A stretch of DNA of 20,000 nt from an uncultured virus (IMG/VR IMGVR_UViG_3300025921_000010). Lineage: Duplodnaviria > Heunggongvirae > Uroviricota > Caudoviricetes > Crassvirales. Shown here in pieces: positions 17,501 to 20,000 of this stretch; the first letter of the stretch is position 1, and every line of letters begins with the position of its first letter. The notes below the pieces were generated by a model. It did no database searches. It worked only from the letters and a program-made list of their open reading frames with translations, and was not told where the DNA came from. The stretch lies in the IMG/VR virus record IMGVR_UViG_3300025921_000010; one strand, given 5' to 3'. The position numbers were made by a program, and so were the translations under genes.

Positions 17501-17816
17501 GGTTCTTAAACATGATTATACTGGTAATACAATTCCTTTCTCAAATGACAGACCTTTTTATAAGAGCGCAAGGAAATTAACCGCACTCGAATATATTGAA
17601 CATAAAGCGCCATTACCTTTAGCAGAAGGGTTTGAAATATACCACGATGCAGCACACGAGGCAGGTGCGAACGATGGAATATGGAATGCTTATACTAAAG
17701 GGTTGTTTTTTGGAGGTTTGAGTGGGGCTACTGGTGTACGGTCTTATGAAGACACCAAAGCTGCCGAACCTGCTAAAAAAGAAACTTCTGTTCCTTATTA
17801 TCATTCACCCGATTGA
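11325..17816 (+). CDS. Giant internal virion / large polyvalent-type ejected protein (2163 aa)
   Basis: N-terminal duplicated motif, Q/P/S linker, Gly/Ala-rich membrane-type helices (about 12200-12790), charged helical regions, an internal duplicated domain and a C-terminal hydrophobic region. Confidence 0.75.
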   Translation: MNDPRLDYISKVYSALQDNVSGFNKTPGDFLDSMNDPNYRNKVYSALKDNVQGFNKSQQDFESITAQKKNSLPTSTPSKYVAAPEDTEDSQPSSAVATPSQSQSGSVAQSSSQGTQPVQPQQQPTKPPPFDPNTFMRQSRANVIQQPVQDNTLAVQPQQTKAAIDSQLEKPEYQKRKAEINKEAVINSTAQYLKNKGINAPVGSAQFNQQLAKTQELVNSGQATVAINPDGQIGLKRVTGFLENIKNGWDEATKSADEANDFTNNMTTQQRVDYVKSHDIPQPDQFIGEQPSTLGSLGHFMGGAAPFLGKAAVGAGIGALAIAGAPESMGASLTGLPTAMSFILTAPDMANQGAQQEIIRRYQILKNQNPDMSDVDAMEEAGKGALVGGIGGILTNAALMGTGLKTPLSLEAKGVVGKTLQEVGKSAVHMGGVSAGVTAAQQLEGEAEGIHTSTSDKLKAIEDSFKENATTGAMLTALMHGVPKIMESAIKYSLKDTPPDQIRNVLQANENAGTVPEGTTEKVMKDISSYNDALNKTVDGLSPEATASVAGLIQKKNSLIEESKTKDDSFKPIYKEKIDAIDQQIQDIQRTGKPFEHEIDEVTGKPYQQPTYDDVAQQQVQDLANNIAKGKRVEKPEDLQTEANFPKELEDELQNRLKEDQQAGKENSGVQQNINSFLKDKQPTIQSAVITINGKTYEGENHAEAILKAKQDGQDISQVDRQGQGQFKLSDGTIISRDEAKQRFGQDRAELLIPQDEAAKQADKQYREITTPSNEEPAPVRAADKPVEPVSSPVISDKEEEALYGKKGEPRVKLDFSSKGKNIVEPPKPISEMNSDELYDYSQQVKKALAKQDKEFEGKTDDEKEAAGYYDYVDNVSDLRDTAQRVNFVENSENLDELASSTKSALRDFNKDNPSDESLAILNAAKNKAEEMNIAPEDLIKAVIKKVGNDYKDKDDAEFMMRSYLEKITPKESSSSKPTNTEENNSSNKPEVVPSTPDLEGFGGRGGRNRLYERVKNIDEPTDIDGKILHYFAGGGKVHPESFSKEVVGMKRKGYGDKEGSYPSEVKGNTLVKATDENGKPNPTIKQLSESFGDGTNDQEIRNKIIDVLQSHGSRESAATELINRYDQEYIEAKHQKEENEYWEGLHKQEVAAEENYLTEKGKEQDEIEQDPEYIKHLINQYETETVPANDKRSDTGSKAESGEARSTPKDTQPEGIDKSERPSDLRGSSEDKPEPDKGKPETPKGKIGDPLRHFADIVERGKISKLGGFRASTGFDAVWDGSLTVVAETLRKTADLADAIQAGLEHIKNSDWYKGLTDKKDFDEKYVAHLEGEYSKFKEQPKEQNEQEGKSGTLGISHEALNDLAQKIGLPEIERGKSYDPKELADRGRKLLNAGADPNKIADTFYTNGRTDENGVSVIRAKIEQLFKTGEQITDKESTSFKENFDQLSKFMQVEKDMGTFAHRVMKSFQGQRDIDTDSFVYVSMAAQRKLGRELNSEEKAKIDGLTKQVSNLKNKVNEYEERLKNAIDKDLTGESKPEVKLSISEKAKKLADVIRKGKAHKPGVFSAATPASLVWDAAVETTAQVVEKGGQLVDAIQKGVEYIKGTDWYKGLSEDKKKEAEDAFVKAHRDSEGTSLESLQEMLADKKGDKFTPQEAKSIWDYAKTQYLNKGGDYLQMLSGVANDLGYTMTQVSKAIITPKTQRISDEMWKQRSELYKNRSSVKRWLDNKGGNLAYKGFKTAIDTFREAAVFGHGAIFIGTHAMPTFFDIPRAKYAIKGFFNAYRAAYGKTGNYELMIADLKNSPNYLKAQRAGLQNNPERIGSDTEIISHHLKWFTEAGERGFNAIKILRQNLFDSHYNALPETLKQDPTVLKEIAQIINNATGATNAKVPNWMREVTFAGGMEISRWERIIKNPAKAADILAKVAKGNATPAEKVFLRVWATRAGTIAGVYTSALIMNNAINAYLYPDDDKKRINFFNPSKGDWFKLKFGSVVIDPTSGMGTSLRFLTTIASMPFHSEDYIKSHNQGDNRKNALAKKVLGYGLGKLSPGYTTIGELVLKHDYTGNTIPFSNDRPFYKSARKLTALEYIEHKAPLPLAEGFEIYHDAAHEAGANDGIWNAYTKGLFFGGLSGATGVRSYEDTKAAEPAKKETSVPYYHSPD
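14869..15069 (+). CDS. Candidate overprinted gene (66 aa) in the +1 frame within the giant protein gene
   Basis: ATG preceded by the A/T-rich leader ACACTTAATAAATCAAT. The product looks like amphipathic helices, while the main frame over the same interval is a disordered linker. Confidence 0.5.
   Translation: MKLKQFRQMISGLTPEVRQKVVRHVALQRTLSQRGLINPNDQVTYEDLQKISQNQIKANQKLLKGK
15087..16181 (+). repeat. Internal ~67-aa domain duplicated in the giant protein (15087-15287 and 15978-16181)
   Basis: ADIVERGK..GGF..S....VWDG...VAE......LADAIQAGLEHIKNSDWYKGL versus ADVIRKGK..GVF..A....VWDA...TAQ......LVDAIQKGVEYIKGTDWYKGL. Confidence 0.9.
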
Positions 17817-18268
17817 AAATATTCCCAATTACCGTTGAACTGATTCCTTTGGTAATATCCTACTTTGCTCCCATTTGAATTAAAGACATTAATTCTATTT
17901 TTATCAAATTGATCTGCTTGTTTATAACCTATAATGTTCCCGTTCCGGTCATAAATATTTTCTTTAGATTTATCGAATGCGTCTTTTTGCTGTGAGGATT
18001 CCTGATTTCCACGGTTGTCATAGGTATTTGTTTTATTGTTATTAAATGCGTCTTTTTTTATAGTATTTACAAGATTTCCCCTTGAATCGTACACATCAAT
18101 TTGGTTACTATTAAAAGCGTCCGGTTTATAATATCCAAGTAAATTTCCTCTATCATCTTTTATGTTTGTTTTACTTCTGTCAAATGGGTCTTGCTCATAT
18201 ACATAAGATTGCGCAAATAAGTTTGCTGAAATAAAAGCAGTGATTACGAGTACTAATAATTTTTTCAT
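17801..18268 (-). CDS. Secreted/periplasmic protein with Sec signal peptide and ~5.5 tandem 23-aa beta-hairpin repeats
   Basis: Signal peptide MKKLLVLVITAFISANLFA-Q. Repeat consensus xxxxD(A/P/Q)F(D/N)xxxx(N/D)(I/V/T)YDxxGNxxx. Confidence 0.85.
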   Translation of the reverse strand: MKKLLVLVITAFISANLFAQSYVYEQDPFDRSKTNIKDDRGNLLGYYKPDAFNSNQIDVYDSRGNLVNTIKKDAFNNNKTNTYDNRGNQESSQQKDAFDKSKENIYDRNGNIIGYKQADQFDKNRINVFNSNGSKVGYYQRNQFNGNWEYFQSGE

Positions 18269-18287
18269 ATTTCATTATTTGATACAA

Positions 18288-18319
18288 TAAACATAATACA
18301 ATCATTTTTAATCTGCAAA
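18288..18319 (-). promoter_or_regulatory. Host-type promoter TTTG-N20-TATGTTTA for the secreted repeat protein, with only a half palindrome (GATACA, 18281-18286)
   Basis: Fits Bacteroidota -33/-7 spacing and lies about 20 nt upstream of the start at 18268. Confidence 0.55.
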
Positions 18320-18331
18320 TAAAATTTAATT

Positions 18332-18350
18332 GATACATTTTGTATCTTTG
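18332..18350 (+). promoter_or_regulatory. Class A-like site: palindrome GATACATTTTGTATC (18332-18346) overlapping a perfect -7 box TATCTTTG (18343-18350)
   Basis: Exact palindrome; no clear -33 TTTG. Confidence 0.7.
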
Positions 18351-18354
18351 GGTT

Positions 18355-19194
18355 ATGCAGCAAGATTCCTCTTTACCACAGCCAAAAGACAATAAATATT
18401 ACGTCCAAAAATACGGACAGTACATGGCCGGAAGAAACACCGATGAAAAGTTAGCCGGACAAACCTTTCAGGACGCTACCAAACCGTACAAAGATTTAGT
18501 ACTCGATGCGTCCAAAAAGACCGGAATACCACCGGAACTACTGTTTGCTTCTATTAACGAAGAAGGACTAAGAGATATGGTTGCTAAAGACGAATATTCC
18601 GGTGATGACAAATACCCGATAAGTGGTTTTGCTCATTTCGGACTTGATACTTTTGGAGACGCTTACCCTGAACTTGTTAAAAAGGGTTACTTACCTGACA
18701 ATATGGACTTTTCGCCGCAAGTAGCGACCAATGAAAGAGGAGGTAGAGTTCACACCGCTAACTTTAAAACGGTAGATGATGCTATTGCAGCTAAAGCAGC
18801 TATGCTTAAAAACGTACAAGACCAAGTAGAGGCTTATGCTGCCAAAAGAGGCTATAAACTAAGCGATAAAAGTAAAAACTTCTTTATGCTGGCAGGGTAT
18901 AACGGAGGTACAGGACTTGCACAAAAAATGATGGATTCCTACAACGATAAAGGAGTGCTTCAAAATGATGCTTACCTAACTAAAAAACCTTCAAGCTATC
19001 AAGGCGTGTATGATAATGTTCAACGGCGTATGATACCTGCGCAAGCATGGGCTGATGACGGTATTTTCGTTCCACGTGAAACGGTACAAAATGTATCGGC
19101 GCAACCTGCCCAACCACAAGGACAGCCTATTTACGGCCAAGATGGAAATGTTATGGCTTACAATGTGAATGGGCAGATTATTGCAGCAAATTGA
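18355..19194 (+). CDS. Lytic transglycosylase (SLT)/lysozyme-like fold protein, 279 aa
   Basis: YKDLVLDASKKTGIPPELLFASINEEG (catalytic Glu helix), G.AHFG.D, and LAGYNGGTG (AYNAG-like motif). Start moved to ATG 18355 because the track's TTG at 18340 lies within the palindrome. Confidence 0.7.
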   Translation: MQQDSSLPQPKDNKYYVQKYGQYMAGRNTDEKLAGQTFQDATKPYKDLVLDASKKTGIPPELLFASINEEGLRDMVAKDEYSGDDKYPISGFAHFGLDTFGDAYPELVKKGYLPDNMDFSPQVATNERGGRVHTANFKTVDDAIAAKAAMLKNVQDQVEAYAAKRGYKLSDKSKNFFMLAGYNGGTGLAQKMMDSYNDKGVLQNDAYLTKKPSSYQGVYDNVQRRMIPAQAWADDGIFVPRETVQNVSAQPAQPQGQPIYGQDGNVMAYNVNGQIIAAN

Positions 19195-19211
19195 TACATA
19201 TTGTATCTTTA
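19180..19211 (+). promoter_or_regulatory. Class A promoter: ATTG-N20-TATCTTTA with palindrome GATACATATTGTATC (19193-19207)
   Basis: The palindrome overlaps the -7 box and the TGA stop of the upstream gene. Confidence 0.7.
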
Positions 19212-19224
19212 CAAAAATCAATTT

Positions 19225-19806
19225 ATGTACAAATATCAAGATTTCACTTCTTGTCTTTTTAATCCTTTAGAAAAAAATCTGTTGGTAAAATATCCTCAAC
19301 TGATTGTACTGCTGCCGAAATGCAAGGATGATGAAAAAGTTTTAAGATTTATTATCTCAATGTATGACCCTAATAATCCGGTAGTAAGAGAAAACAGAGA
19401 CCCTTTACTTAGAAAAAAATCCTGTGCCGTACTTGCAGGATTCGACCTCATAAAAGATGAAGCATTTTTGGAAGAAATTTTCAATTACACCAATGAAGAA
19501 ATAGTAGAAAAGACTGACCGTTTCCTAAAGGAGTTTGTACACATAAGATTATGGAGTATGATATGCGCCAATGAGCAAACCTTCTTTGAATACTCTAAAA
19601 GAATGATGAAACCTGTCGAAGAAGCTGGCGCCAAAGAAAAAGATTTAATGAGTGCCATTGCTATCAAATCAAAACTAAGTGAGGATATGGACGCTATTAA
19701 TAACCGATTAGATTCTTACTATGATAAACTCTACGGTGATGCTGACCTGAAAAATAAAGTTCAGAAAGTAAGGATAAGCCCTGAAAGCATGAGTGGAACG
19801 GTTTAG
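19225..19806 (+). CDS. Conserved Bacteroidota-phage hypothetical protein (193 aa, C-terminal coiled coil)
   Basis: RFIISMYDPNNP...RKKSCAVLAGF motif. Start moved to ATG 19225 because the track's TTG at 19201 lies within the palindrome. Confidence 0.7.
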   Translation: MYKYQDFTSCLFNPLEKNLLVKYPQLIVLLPKCKDDEKVLRFIISMYDPNNPVVRENRDPLLRKKSCAVLAGFDLIKDEAFLEEIFNYTNEEIVEKTDRFLKEFVHIRLWSMICANEQTFFEYSKRMMKPVEEAGAKEKDLMSAIAIKSKLSEDMDAINNRLDSYYDKLYGDADLKNKVQKVRISPESMSGTV

Positions 19807-20000
19807 TTACCGACTTCTCTTACATTATTTGGTGGCACGCTAAACTCTTTTCCTTTGTATTCAACGATCGCCCTACCCCCTTTAGTAAGCCGTAGTAGTG
19901 TTAAAGGCGTTTTATTATAAATAAAATACCTAAGTTCATGATAAAAAGCTAAATCCCCTTCGCCTGTAAGATATACTTTATTCCCTATCGCTTGGTTTAT
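19803..20000 (-). CDS. Hypothetical protein, 3' part (...INQAIGNKVYLTGEGDLAFYHELRYFIYNKTPLTLLRLTKGGRAIVEYKGKEFSVPPNNVREVGN*)
   Basis: Manual translation: frame open from the window edge to TAA at 19805-19803, overlapping the convergent gene's stop. Confidence 0.7.
   Translation of the reverse strand: MNQAIGNKVYLTGEGDLAFYHELRYFIYNKTPLTLLRLTKGGRAIVEYKGKEFSVPPNNVREVGN

Noticed and set aside
3519..19224. ORF-track TTG starts at 3548, 3619, 18340 and 19201
   Set aside because: Each TTG lies inside the operator palindrome or the -7 box (hence the repeated artefactual 'MYL' N-termini). Downstream ATGs at 3518, 3637, 18355 and 19225 fit better.
124..19667. Short antisense ORFs from the track (124..321, 1068..1256, 2605..2820, 5332..5601, 6274..6465, 7498..7728, 7864..8085, 12143..12352, 12978..13181, 13937..14170, 14673..14855, 16007..16231, 16383..16613, 17619..17804, 18195..18392, 18991..19239, 19296..19484, 19485..19667)
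   Set aside because: They lie opposite or across better-supported genes, have S/F/L-rich shadow composition, and lack promoters or recognisable motifs.
1..20000. Stop-codon reassignment (TAG or TGA) as seen in some crAss-like phages
   Set aside because: Long genes are intact under code 11, and TAG and TGA both end genes at tight junctions (for example 11323 TAG and 8743 TGA).

Overview
This window is part of the virion morphogenesis region of a Bacteroidota-infecting podovirus-type phage, crAss-like or related to the Cellulophaga/Flavobacterium phages. The assignment comes from motif recognition, not a database search. The + strand carries three putative tail ring/tubular proteins, a 1139-aa tail stabilization (muzzle) protein, three putative ejected internal virion proteins (242, 538 and 2163 aa) and an SLT/lysozyme-like muralytic protein. 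Two divergent tandem-GroES-like genes lie at the left end, and several small - strand accessory genes are interleaved, including a cyclic-phosphate-processing receiver domain protein and a secreted 23-aa-repeat protein. The most striking non-coding signal is a 15-bp palindrome, GATACA-N3-TGTATC, found nine times, always just upstream of a gene and in two fixed promoter architectures. In class A it overlaps the Bacteroidota -7 box of TTTG-N19-TAnnTTT promoters, a repressor position. In class B it sits inside an invariant TTTCTCCCCT-N8-palindrome-N8-TAAYTTTGTT module in front of GroES-like and structural genes, an activator position. Three times the two classes are joined back to back as a divergent cassette, which suggests a single-regulator early/late switch. 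The 2163-aa gene also appears to hide a +1-frame overprinted 66-aa gene and an A10 slippery run.
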